Shown here: positions 17,125 through 27,900 of the stretch, in pieces | Layout of the letters: the number at the start of each line of letters is the position of its first letter | Position numbering within the stretch: position 1 is the stretch's first letter | Source: Clostridia bacterium | GTDB lineage: Bacteria; Bacillota; Clostridia; Oscillospirales; CAG-272 | Assembly (NCBI GenBank): GCA_017463765.1 | Contig: JAFTON010000055.1 | Location: 1 to 56,262 of the forward strand | Length of the DNA: 56,262 nt | Direction of reading: 5' to 3' | Position numbers and translations under genes: made by a program | Notes under the pieces: model-generated | Database searches by the model: none | Told to the model about the DNA's origin: nothing | Seen by the model: only the letters and a program-made list of their open reading frames with translations

Positions 17125-19536
17125 TCACATTGGAGTCTGGAGATCGCAGAAGTAAATCCAGAGATATTTAGTATGATTGTTTTCGATAACGATCTTAACG
17201 CCGCTCTCGTGAATGAGAGTAACGTAACGGTCTGCCTTACCGCTCTCGCCACCCGACATATCGGTGTTAGCTGCAGAGAGGCTGAAGCCGTACTTTGCAA
17301 GCTCGTCGATCACATTCTGCATAAGCTCCTCGTAATTGGTGATCTTTGCATTCTCATCAAACTCGGTGCTGTAGGTGGTGATGCTCATATAACCGTGATT
17401 CTCACCGTTTACCTCCTTCCAGTTATAGAAGGGACCGCTGATGTTATCGCCAAAGAGCTTCATAAGAACCTCGGGAGAGGGTACGTTTGTCCACGCCTCG
17501 CCGAGAACACCCTGAAGAACGACGTCAGCAGTTGCAACGTGGCCCTTGTGGTTGTATGTACCTGTAGCCTCGTCATAGCAGCCGTAGTTCTTGCAAAGAG
17601 TGGTGTAGAGGTGATAGTAATCGTCAAGAGTGTACTGACTCCAAGCTGTCTCGGGAACTCTGGGACGGTAGTTGTCGAATGCGCCCTCTGCGATGGTGGT
17701 GCTGCCAACGTTCTCATAGGAAACGATGCAGGAGCCACCGTATACACCGCTGAGGTCATAGGGGAACTCAACCGAGATAAGATTTCCATCCTCGTCTACC
17801 TTGATGGTGAAGAGCATAGCGGAGGTTGCTGCAGCATCGTCAGCATAGCTGTAAGCGCAAAGCTCCATAGCAACCTCTCTGGTGATAGCAGACTCACGGA
17901 GAGCGAAGGTGTACTCATACTTATCGGTATCAACGTTGATCATCATACCGGTAAGACGGAAGATATTTGCAGATACGTCGAAGTCGGGCATAATGTCAAG
18001 GATGTTGCCCACAACCTTCTTGGTACCGTAGAAGCCGTTTGCGTCGGACTCGAACTCATCGTATGTTCCATCGCTGTTCTGCTTATATCCCGAATATTCG
18101 GTGTGATAGTTCTTACCGTCAAGGCTGTAGCTGTACTTACCTGTTACGCCGATAACGATCGCCTCGGGAGTTACGAAGCCAACAGAGCCTGCAGTACCGA
18201 CAGAGGAGACGGTGTTCTGGTAGGGATGGCCTGCAGTGGCGGTGGGAGAAAGTGTAATAGCCGATGCGCCGCCGTTTACACTGTAAAGATCGTAGTCACC
18301 TGTGTCGGGCATAGAATTCATGCTGTCAACAACACGGAAGGTGTAGTTGGTTGCATCCTTCATCTTATCGAAGGCTGCCTGAAGCTTATCTGCATACTGA
18401 GCAGCCTCATAGGGAGCAGGATCGGATACAACGGTAGTACCAACGTTAGAGAAATCGATCGAGATGGTTGTATACTGAGTAGCATCGGGATTCTCGGGAT
18501 CGTCACCGATCATAATAACCGAGGTCTGTGCCACAAGCTTGGTGATAGCGCCGTCCTCAACGTAGAGGTAAAGCTCCATAAAGGTATCCTCGTTACCAAG
18601 GATAGGAGTAAGAGAGAATGCGAAATATGTCATAAGATACATATCGTCAATGCTCTCGGGATCAATGCTGTACTTATAAACGTCTTTTTCTACGTCATAG
18701 CTGAACTTATTTACGTTAAGGTTGCTGAGGTGATTCCAGAGATGCTGGCTCTCCCAAACTGCAGGATAGCTCATATAGTCCTTAACGGGCTTAGCGTAAA
18801 CCTGGTTGTTCTTATCAATAATCATCTCGAGCATCTCGTGACCCGAATTACCGTTCTGGTCCTTAACGCCCTCCTTATCGCCTCTGCGATAGTTGCTTAC
18901 GATAACATTCTTGGAGCCCTGGTGATTCCAGCTGCCCTTCCAAGCGCCGTCAGCCATTTCGATGGTATATTCATACACATCCTTAGAGCTGTTTGCAGGA
19001 TTATTGATATCGTTATAAATATCTGTAACGGTACCGTTAAGAGTGATGCTGGGGTTACCTACCGCAACAAGCATATCGGAGGTAAGCTCACCTACTCTGC
19101 CGTCAACAACGGGAGCCTTGGCAATAAGTGTCTTGGTTGCCTTAACTGTGTTGTTCTCCTCGGAGGTAGCAGTAACGGTGATGATGGTATCAATGGTGAT
19201 GTCACCAACCATAGTTACAACACCGTTTTCATCAACGGTTACTACGTCGGGATGAGAAACAGACCAGGTTACCTTGGTGTTCTTCGCACCTGTAACACGG
19301 GCGGTTACCTGTACGGTGTCACCCTTCTGGATCTGGGATGCAGTAGCAGACATTTCGATCTTTACGATATCTGCAGGGGGAGGAGTTGTACCGCCGTCAT
19401 CGGGGGGATTGGGCGTATCGCTGGTACCACCGCCACCGTTGTCATTATTATCGGGCTTAACACAAGCCGCAAACGAAGGCAGCACCATCACAAAAACAAG
19501 GATAAGCGCCAATACACGAACAATAGAGTTTTTCAT
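17125..19536 (-). CDS. Lipoprotein (803 aa) with one Big_2-type Ig domain and a ~650-aa unknown region; paralogue of the 783-aa protein
   Basis: Lipobox PSFAAC, a Gly/Pro-rich linker, and a Big_2-like segment KGDTVQVTARVTGAKNTKVTWSVSHPDVVTVDENGVVT. AAAGGA ribosome-binding site. The equally long plus-strand ORF 17173-19587 is an in-phase shadow ORF. Confidence 0.85.
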   Translation of the reverse strand: MKNSIVRVLALILVFVMVLPSFAACVKPDNNDNGGGGTSDTPNPPDDGGTTPPPADIVKIEMSATASQIQKGDTVQVTARVTGAKNTKVTWSVSHPDVVTVDENGVVTMVGDITIDTIITVTATSEENNTVKATKTLIAKAPVVDGRVGELTSDMLVAVGNPSITLNGTVTDIYNDINNPANSSKDVYEYTIEMADGAWKGSWNHQGSKNVIVSNYRRGDKEGVKDQNGNSGHEMLEMIIDKNNQVYAKPVKDYMSYPAVWESQHLWNHLSNLNVNKFSYDVEKDVYKYSIDPESIDDMYLMTYFAFSLTPILGNEDTFMELYLYVEDGAITKLVAQTSVIMIGDDPENPDATQYTTISIDFSNVGTTVVSDPAPYEAAQYADKLQAAFDKMKDATNYTFRVVDSMNSMPDTGDYDLYSVNGGASAITLSPTATAGHPYQNTVSSVGTAGSVGFVTPEAIVIGVTGKYSYSLDGKNYHTEYSGYKQNSDGTYDEFESDANGFYGTKKVVGNILDIMPDFDVSANIFRLTGMMINVDTDKYEYTFALRESAITREVAMELCAYSYADDAAATSAMLFTIKVDEDGNLISVEFPYDLSGVYGGSCIVSYENVGSTTIAEGAFDNYRPRVPETAWSQYTLDDYYHLYTTLCKNYGCYDEATGTYNHKGHVATADVVLQGVLGEAWTNVPSPEVLMKLFGDNISGPFYNWKEVNGENHGYMSITTYSTEFDENAKITNYEELMQNVIDELAKYGFSLSAANTDMSGGESGKADRYVTLIHESGVKIVIENNHTKYLWIYFCDLQTPM

Positions 19537-19568
19537 TTTTTTATTCCTTTCTTATTTATTTTAATATG

Positions 19569-21920
19569 TTATTCAATCCATACATAAATGGTGAAGTCCA
19601 AGCTAACATCGAGTGGGGATATATGAAGATTACCCTTAACGAATTCGCCACGGGAGTTACGTGTAAAGCCCTCCTCCACAAGGAATTCATTCACAAGGGC
19701 GAGAGAATCGTCAATGGTGTAATCCATATCGAGAGGCACGTCGTAGTAGAATACTATAGCGGGCTTTGCAGAATCCGATCCACTGGGCAAATGGAATGTT
19801 GTCAGACCAAAGCCGTAGGTGTCACCGAGAACCTTTCCGAAGAAGGGGAGCTTTTCCGCCATCTCGGGATCGTCGAAGAATTCGTTCAGCGCAAGGTCTG
19901 CCCTCATCTCCTTATCCTCCTCAATGGAGCTCTCGTCGCTTGACATAATGATTGTCAGCTCGTTCCATTCGGTAGGGATCTCACGGCTCTCAAAGGCGGG
20001 AGCCTCAAGCTTCTCTGTCTCCTCAACGTCAACAGCTGCGCTGCCGAAATCGCTGTATTTGATCTCAACCACGCCATAGATGCTGCCGATATAGAAGTAG
20101 AAGCAAGCCTCGGTGATGATATATCCGATTCCGTCAACCTTCTCAACCACCACGAAGGGAGTGAAGCTTTCCGTCGAGGAAATATATCCCGTGGTAGCGA
20201 AGATGCCGTAAAGCTGGATATCGTTACCCACACCGTAGTAGAAGGTAGAGGCAACCGCCGACATAGGCGCATCAACGTAATAGGTGATGGAGGTAACCTC
20301 ATCGGTATCCTCGTCCTTCTCCTCGTAATATGAGGTGAATATCTCGGCGGCGAATGCGAAGGTAGGCTTGGTGGAATCAAAGTCACCCTTCCATGCACGT
20401 GTGGCTGCGAAGCCGCCGGTGTCATTGCTGTAGAAGGCGTTATAGAGCGTATCGCTAACCTTAATATATCCGTAAGGCGCCTCGGTATAGGTACGGATCT
20501 CCTGACCGTCGCTGCTGTACTTCACGGTGAAGGGATCGAAGTAGCAAAGGTCGTCCGTAACGGTTTCGGTAAATCCTGAAACAACGTATCCGTTGGTAAG
20601 ATAGGATGCAGTGGTTTCAACGAAATCAAGAGTATAGTTGGTCTGATTCTGCATATTGGCAATCGCCTCTTTAAGAGGATCGTGATTGCCGTCGGGGTCG
20701 GTAGGATACTTGGAAATGGTAGGCACGTCTACGGTCTCACCGAAGTTTACCGCTACGGTAAGCTCCTGAACGGCACGGTAGCCACTTGCAATTCCGTAAT
20801 CGTCGGCGGAGATGGCACGTATGCCCATTATCTCGCCCTCCTCAATAATGAGGGAAAGACCGATCGCTTTGAAATCATAGGGGTTGGCGGCAGAAACCAT
20901 TCTCTGAGGAAGGTCCTTGTCATTTCCTACGTACTCGTAGCACCATTTCTCCTCGTTAAACTTGAAGTCGGATACGGTAAGCCCCTTGAAGTTGTTATAA
21001 AGTCCACTGTCGATCCAGCTTACCTTACTTCCGTTCTCGTCGAGCATAGGAGCGTATTCCTCCTCGTTCTCAAAGCTTACGCCGACCTGAGAAGCAATAC
21101 CGTTGTCATTCTTGAAATAGAGCTGGGAAACGATGCCCATATCCAGATTATCATATTCGGCATACCAATGCTCGCCGTCAAGCGAGGTCTTTACGGTGGT
21201 GGAGGAGGACATATAGAACTTCTCCATTACACCGATGGTGTAAAGCGAAATGTTGATAAAGCCCTCAAAGCCGAGCTTCGTCTGATTTCCAAGCAGGTCG
21301 ATCATCTCCTGGGTAAGTTCGGGAGGGGTCAGCACGGTGATTATCTTCGAGCCGTAGCAGGATTCGTCTGCAAGGCTTATTGCACGAACCTCAACAATAC
21401 CACCCTTATCCAAGGACTTGGCAGTAAGCTTACCCGAGATGGCGTCAATGGTAACGAGCTCGCCTCCGCTTACCACGCTCCAGATGACCGTCTGATCCTC
21501 GGTTCCCGAAACGGTAGCCGAAAGGGTGATGGGTGTGCCGTAGCGAACCTCGGACTTGCCGCTGATCGCAACAGCTATTTCGGGAGTGGTATCAACGGGT
21601 GGCGTATAGGGCACACGGTAGGTTCCCTGCGCTGAGGGAAGCGAGCTTGTATACCCTTCTGCATTAGCCACAACCGAATAGGTAAAGTCTACCGAAAGAG
21701 ATGTTACCTGATAGGAATTTTTGTCTGTTGAGTAGGTCTTGTCACCTATCGTGACGGTATAGCTCTCGGCATTCTCAACCGCATCCCAAGTGATAAGTCC
21801 CGTGTCGGAAAGCGAAACGTTCTGAGGAGTGGCAAGGACCTTAGCCTCATCACCGACGCAGGCAGAAAGAGATGCTATCAGAAGCACTGCGATAAATATT
21901 AAACTGATCAGTCTTTTCAT
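19569..21920 (-). CDS. Lipoprotein (783 aa) with FN3-like and Big_2-type domains and a ~600-aa unknown region; paralogue of the 803-aa protein
   Basis: Lipobox SLSAC. Big_2-like segment ITLSATVSGTEDQTVIWSVVSGGELVTIDAISGKLTA. The start ATG overlaps the protease stop (ATGA at 21917-21920). Shares LKEAIANMQNQTNYTLDFVE with LQAAFDKMKDATNYTFRVVD in the 803-aa protein. Confidence 0.85.
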   Translation of the reverse strand: MKRLISLIFIAVLLIASLSACVGDEAKVLATPQNVSLSDTGLITWDAVENAESYTVTIGDKTYSTDKNSYQVTSLSVDFTYSVVANAEGYTSSLPSAQGTYRVPYTPPVDTTPEIAVAISGKSEVRYGTPITLSATVSGTEDQTVIWSVVSGGELVTIDAISGKLTAKSLDKGGIVEVRAISLADESCYGSKIITVLTPPELTQEMIDLLGNQTKLGFEGFINISLYTIGVMEKFYMSSSTTVKTSLDGEHWYAEYDNLDMGIVSQLYFKNDNGIASQVGVSFENEEEYAPMLDENGSKVSWIDSGLYNNFKGLTVSDFKFNEEKWCYEYVGNDKDLPQRMVSAANPYDFKAIGLSLIIEEGEIMGIRAISADDYGIASGYRAVQELTVAVNFGETVDVPTISKYPTDPDGNHDPLKEAIANMQNQTNYTLDFVETTASYLTNGYVVSGFTETVTDDLCYFDPFTVKYSSDGQEIRTYTEAPYGYIKVSDTLYNAFYSNDTGGFAATRAWKGDFDSTKPTFAFAAEIFTSYYEEKDEDTDEVTSITYYVDAPMSAVASTFYYGVGNDIQLYGIFATTGYISSTESFTPFVVVEKVDGIGYIITEACFYFYIGSIYGVVEIKYSDFGSAAVDVEETEKLEAPAFESREIPTEWNELTIIMSSDESSIEEDKEMRADLALNEFFDDPEMAEKLPFFGKVLGDTYGFGLTTFHLPSGSDSAKPAIVFYYDVPLDMDYTIDDSLALVNEFLVEEGFTRNSRGEFVKGNLHISPLDVSLDFTIYVWIE

Positions 21921-24900
21921 TCCTCGTCATCTCCTTCCTTGGTTTCTTCATTTTCCTTTATTTCTGTTTCTTCTTCGATTTCAGAGGCCAGGGCTTCCTG
22001 TTCAATAACGGGATCCGACGCTGCCTCGGAGGATTTTTTCTTCTTACGTATGATAAAGATATATACGCAAGCGCCGATCGCCACAACGGCTACCACCGAT
22101 ACCGAAACGATCACAACCACAATCCAGGGGGATGTGGGCTCGTCGGGATTTGTGGGAGTAGGCTCGGGCTTCTCGGGTGTCACCTCGGGAACGTCTGCCT
22201 CATAGGCAGGAAGAAGCGCCGTGTATTTTGTAAGATCGAGCAGCACCTTGTCTGCAGGCTTCAGTGCGGATATCGCCGCCTTGATAGCATCCATCGCTGC
22301 CTTATAGGCGCTTGAATAGGTATCGGGAAGCGCTAAAATGTCAGCCTGAAGCTTCTGAAGTGCGGGAGATGCGCTCTGCAGCTTTATGCTATTAAGCTTA
22401 GCCTTGGCGTTCTGGACAGCGAGTGTCATCTCCTGCCAACGCTCCTCTGTATAGCCAAACTGAGTATAATCCTGCTTCATCGCATTAAGAGCAGCCACAG
22501 CGGAATTGATGAGGCTCTCGTGCTTAACAGCAATATCGGTGATAGCCTCGATCTGTGTAGCGTAGTCAATGAAGCTTGTAGTTGTTTTATCCATAGCAAC
22601 GTAGTCGCTATGCTCTGCGTCCTCAAGCTTACCGAAGCAAACGAGGTAGATAATACCGTCGTAGCCCTGGGTATCCATATTGGAGGGCAGAATCATCTTG
22701 ATGGGCTCTTTTTTACCCGCAAGATCAATGAAGGTGTAGTAGCAAAGCTCAAGCTCGAATACGTCGTAGTAATTCTGCAGGATGCTGAAGCCGGGATCAT
22801 CCTCATCAAGCTTGGCATCGGGAATATACGAGCTCTCAAGTGCGGGAGCAACGAAGGAACGGAATTCAACACATTCAAGGGCATCGTATCCGAAGAATGC
22901 GTAATTTCCGATAAGCTTAAGCGATTCGGGAAGAATAAGCTTTTTAATTGCCTTATTCTGATTTCCCGCATACTGATCGATACGAACCGTTCCGTCAACC
23001 ACCTCAAGCTCCTCGATAGCCTTACCGCCCGGGATGGCAGTCAGCTGAAGCTTACCTGAGGGTAATACGGTGTAGAGAATGCCGTCGTAAAGAACTGCAA
23101 AATCGTTTATCTTACCGTCCTTGCTTGACGAGCCGTTGTTATCGAAGCTGAAATCAGCAAGGCTTGAGCAGCCCCAGAAGGCTCTGTCACCGATAAAGCT
23201 AAGCTTATCGGAGAAGCTGAAGGAGGTGAGATTTTCATTATCCTGGAAGGCACACACGCCGATCCTCTCGAGCACAGGAGCCTTTACACTGATAAGGTTC
23301 GTGCCGCTGAAGGCGTGATCTGCAACCTCAACGAGCGCAGGTGCTTCACCGATGCTCTCAAGGAAGCGGCAGCCTGTGAATGCGGCAAAGCCGATAAACT
23401 CTGCAGAGGCAAGATCTATTTCCTCAAGATAAACGCATTCGTAGAACGCAAGCTCGTCGATCTCGGTAACATGAGAGAGATTGATGATCTCAAGGCTCTC
23501 ACAGCCTGCAAAGGCATACTTACCGATTCGGGTCATAGCCTCAGGCAATACGACCTCATTAAGATTTTCGCAATATGCAAAGAGATAGTTCCAATATTTC
23601 TCCGCCTGCTCCTCCTCGGTCTTATCCTCCATAGAGGGAGGAGTAAGTCTGTTGCCCTCAAAGACAACGATCTCAATACCCGTACAGCCGATAAACGCAC
23701 CGTCACCGAGATGGGTGAGGGTTTCGGGAAGGATAAGTGCGGTCTTGCCCTCGGAGTTCAAACCGGTGCCTCCAAAGATGGGAGCCTGACCGTACTGCTC
23801 GTACTGGCTGAATGCGCCCTCGCCGATCTCCTCAACAACGGGGAAACGAACGTAGAAGAGCGATGCACAGTCGGCAAAGGCGTATGCGCCGATCTTAACA
23901 GCGATCTGCATATCTGCCCTTCTGAGAGAGGTACACTCAAAGAATGCCTGATCGGGAATGATCTCTACCTTGGAAAGATCAATAGCTTCAAGTGCGGTGT
24001 CATAAGCAAAGCAGCTTTCACCGAGAGTCACTCCACCGTCGGAGGGCATAACGACCTCATTAAGTGAGGTACATCTCTGGAATGCGCCCATACCGAAGCT
24101 GCTGTTCTTGCCTACGGTCACTCTCTCGAGCTTTGAGGAGAAGAATGCTCCCTCTCCGTAGGTAGCACCCTCGGCAAGTATTACCTCGGTAAGACCTGTG
24201 TTGGAGAATGCGTAGTCGCCTACTGTCTTAACCTTATCAAGATTAACAGACGTAAGCTTCTCTGCGTAGCGGAAGGCGCTGTTGCCGATAGATGCAACGC
24301 CCTCCTCGGGGAAGGTGATGGTTTCAAGCGTCTCGCAATTTGCGAAGGCGTAATCGGATATCACCGTCTCGGGATTTGTGAAAATAAGATGCTTGATATC
24401 TATACCGCAGAAGGCTCCCTGCCCTACCACGTCGGCAGAGATCGTATAGCTTTCACCGAAATCTGCGCCTGTGGCTGCAAGATAGATAGCTCCACCATCC
24501 TTCGAAAGAAGGAGCTTACCGTCCTGTGATACAGAATAGTAGGGATTGCTCTCGTCAACCTCAAAGCTCTTGATAGAGGTGGACTGGAAGGCTGCGCCAT
24601 TCATATCCTCTATCCAGGTATCAGAGCCGATAACGAGCTTTTCAAGTCCAACGCACTCATAGAAGCAATAGTTCTCAAGAGTAACGGTGGAGTTGGGTAA
24701 GGTGAGCGTGCTGAGCGCAGGGCAATCGTAGAATGCCTGCTCACCGATAATGTCCACGCTTCCCTCGAAGATGACCTCGGTAAGCTTATCGTTTTCACAA
24801 AAAGCGCCGTAGCCGATCTTCCAGATATCGTTTTTGAGAGTAACCGACACAAGCTCGCTACACTCTGCGAAGCAATAATCGGGAATCTCGAGGGTCTCGT

Positions 24901-27900
24901 AAAGCAGAACCTCCTTTACACCCGACTGAGCAAACATAGCGAAGGAGAGCTTCGTCTTTTCACCAAAGACCACCGTGTCAAGCGAGCTACAGCCCTTGAA
25001 CGCCTCCTTACCTGTGTTACGGAGTGTGGTGAGATCTACACCCGTGATCGAGGCGCAGTTTTCAAATGCTCTCTCACCGATAGCATAGGTTTTACGAAGA
25101 TCCTTTTCGGGATCAAGAGTAAGCTTTGCGCATCCTGCGAAGGCTCTGGCACCGATCGCCTCTACGTTCGAGAGGTCAACCTCCTCAAGCTTTCCGTCGC
25201 CGTAAAAGGCATACTCACGAATAAAGCGAACGCTTTCGGGAACTGTAACCTTTTTAAGTCCTACACAGTTGTAAAAAGCGTATTTCTGAATTTCCTGAAC
25301 GGTTGCGGGGATCACAACCGAGGTAACTGTGGTGTTAGTAGAGGGGATCTTGTTGGCATCGTAATCCTCCTCGGTCAGCTCTACGGTATTATCGGTATCG
25401 TAAAGGCAGAATGCGAAGGGACCGATATAGAGAATTCCCTCATCGTCGGGAATAATTACCTCACCGCCAAGTCCCTTATATGCCACAAGGGTACGGTTCT
25501 CAATAACGAACTCGCTGTTTACGGTGATCTTCACGCTGGCACGGAGAGATGATCCCTCAAGCCTTGCCTGAATGGTGGTAGTTCCCTTCTTCAAAGCGGT
25601 AACCACGCCCTCCTCGTCTACGATAGCAACATTCTCGTTGGTAGAGGTGAAGGTAACGGGATATTTATCCGTCACGTACCAGGGGTCGAGATCGTAAAAC
25701 AGCTGTATCTTTTCACCCGGATAGAAGCTTATGCCCCCACCCTCCATAGCAGAAAGATAATGTCTGTCACCCGTCTCGCCGATCTTACTGGTCTGTGCGG
25801 CACGGGAATAAGCAAAGATGGTGTCGAAATAGCTGAAGCGAATCGACTCTACGTATTCATCCTTTACGTTGTCAACCGCTTTTCTCGGGCTGACCTCACG
25901 TCCTCCCTCTCTCGACTCCTCCTCGGGACGAGCCTTAACGTTTATGAGCAGGTTCGTCTGTTTACCGTCAAGCTGCTCGGTAACCGTAACGGTGGTTCTT
26001 CCCGCCTTAACGCCAAGGAGCTCGCCGTCCTTAACGGTGGCAACCTTCTCATTTGAGGATTCCCAGTTAAGATAACGCAGATAATCCTTGAATGCGTCAA
26101 CCGAGGTGTCGGAGGTGTAAAGATAACGTGTAAGGTCTACTACCTCACCCTCGTAAAGAGTGAGAATAGAAAGATCCGTGCCGTCCTCGGTGCCGTCCTT
26201 GGTGAACTTGAAGTCACCCTTGGTGCCGGGAAGCTGGCAGATATAGATGTTTGAATTAAGAGCATAGTCATCAATGGAGAATGATAGTGCAGAGGTGATC
26301 AGCTCATCCTTATAAAGATCCTCGAGATAATCGGTGATCTCGATGCGCACCACGTTGTCCTGTCCCTTCTGGCTGTAGACGGGAATGGGATTTTCGCTGA
26401 GGAAGGCATAGGTCTGGGATGAGGTGAAGGTGATGGGAGTGATAGACTGAACGTAATGATTATCGTAGATCGTCATCGTAAGATAATAACGGTCCTTCTT
26501 AAGAGTCTTATCATACTCCTTCTCATATTTCACGTCCTTAAGGATTGGTGCCTCGTTATCAAGGCAGAAATCAAAGGTAAAGTGATTACGGATATTGCTT
26601 GCAACACCGCCGTCACCGTAGTCGAGAGTTCCTTCCATAAGGAAGGTGTACTCACGGTTGTTCACAAGGCCAAGCTGATGTGACTTGACGTTGAGGAACT
26701 CATAGTTGGGAACGGGAGCGTTTGCAAAATACGCCTTGTTGGCGTTTATTACCTCTTTGCGATATACCTCCTCGCCCGTAACCTTATCAACTATGGTATA
26801 GGTCATAGTCTTTGCATTACGGAGAAGTCCTGCATATACGGCGGAAAGACCGTCGATGGTGCCGAGGGTATCCGACATCGCAATATGATCCTCGGTAGCG
26901 GGGATAGCGTCGTACATATTCGTATCCACGTCGTAGAGGTAGGTGCCGAGAGGAATTATGTAATTGTAATAATATGATCCGTAGGGGGTGGTGGCGTAAT
27001 AATCTGCCTTAAGCTTATCCTCATCGTCGATAGCGGCGTTGTGCGCCTCCGACTCTACCTCATAGTAGGTCTTATCGAACATAGGAGCCTGTGTCCAGTC
27101 GCCAAAGAAGGCGAGGAACGGAATGTTAAGGTCGATCCCGGTATCAGCCGAGGCAGTAAGCTTTACAAATCCCTCAACGAACATACCGTTGGGGAACAGA
27201 CGGTCGATCATCTGCTTATCTGCATCGGTCATAGTATAGGTTGCCAAAACCTTAACGGTGGTGTTGGCGGGAACGGTAAGGGTCTTGCCCGAAAGCGAGC
27301 CGCCGTCTACAGAGAATACGGTATTGCCACCGAGGATCTGCGCCTTCTCAGCTACGTATTCGCTATCCGACTTGGAAACCGTTTCGGTCATAGCGATAAG
27401 CGACAGATCGTAGGTAAGAGTGTCCTCGGAAAGATTAACCACCGAGAAGGTCATATCGTATACACCACGCTTTTCCTTATCGTCACCAAGCTCGAGCTTG
27501 GTGCGATCAATGCCGTCTACGGTAAGGTAAGCCTTTGTGCTTACAACGTTGGCAAGGCTTGCAAGTCCTGCTCCCTGCTTTCTCGGGGAGTAGGGGTTAG
27601 CCTGCTGGTCAACGATAATGGTAGCAGTAGACATCAGCATCTGGTTTGCCATAACCGATATCTGCTGATAGGTATAATCAGGATATTTTTCCTTAAGATA
27701 CTGACGGATAAGAACTACGATACCGCAAAGGTTGGGAGTAGCCATTGACGTACCGCTCAGCTCATCGTATCCACCACCGGGAACAGAGGAAAGAATGTTT
27801 CCACCGTGGGCAGTGATCTCAGGCTTAAGCTTAAGGTCGGGAGTGGGACCCCAGCTCGAGAAATCAGACATAAAGGGACCTGCCTGATTCTGATAGGTAA

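Noticed and set aside
17173-19587. 804-aa plus-strand ORF as long as the 803-aa minus-strand gene it overlaps
   Set aside because: It is codon-aligned (in phase) with the minus-strand gene. Its stops would therefore require sense codons TTA, CTA or TCA, which this gene never uses. The minus-strand product has a ribosome-binding site, a lipobox and a Big_2 domain. The plus-strand product is Val/Cys/Ile-rich, without motifs or a ribosome-binding site. This is a shadow ORF.
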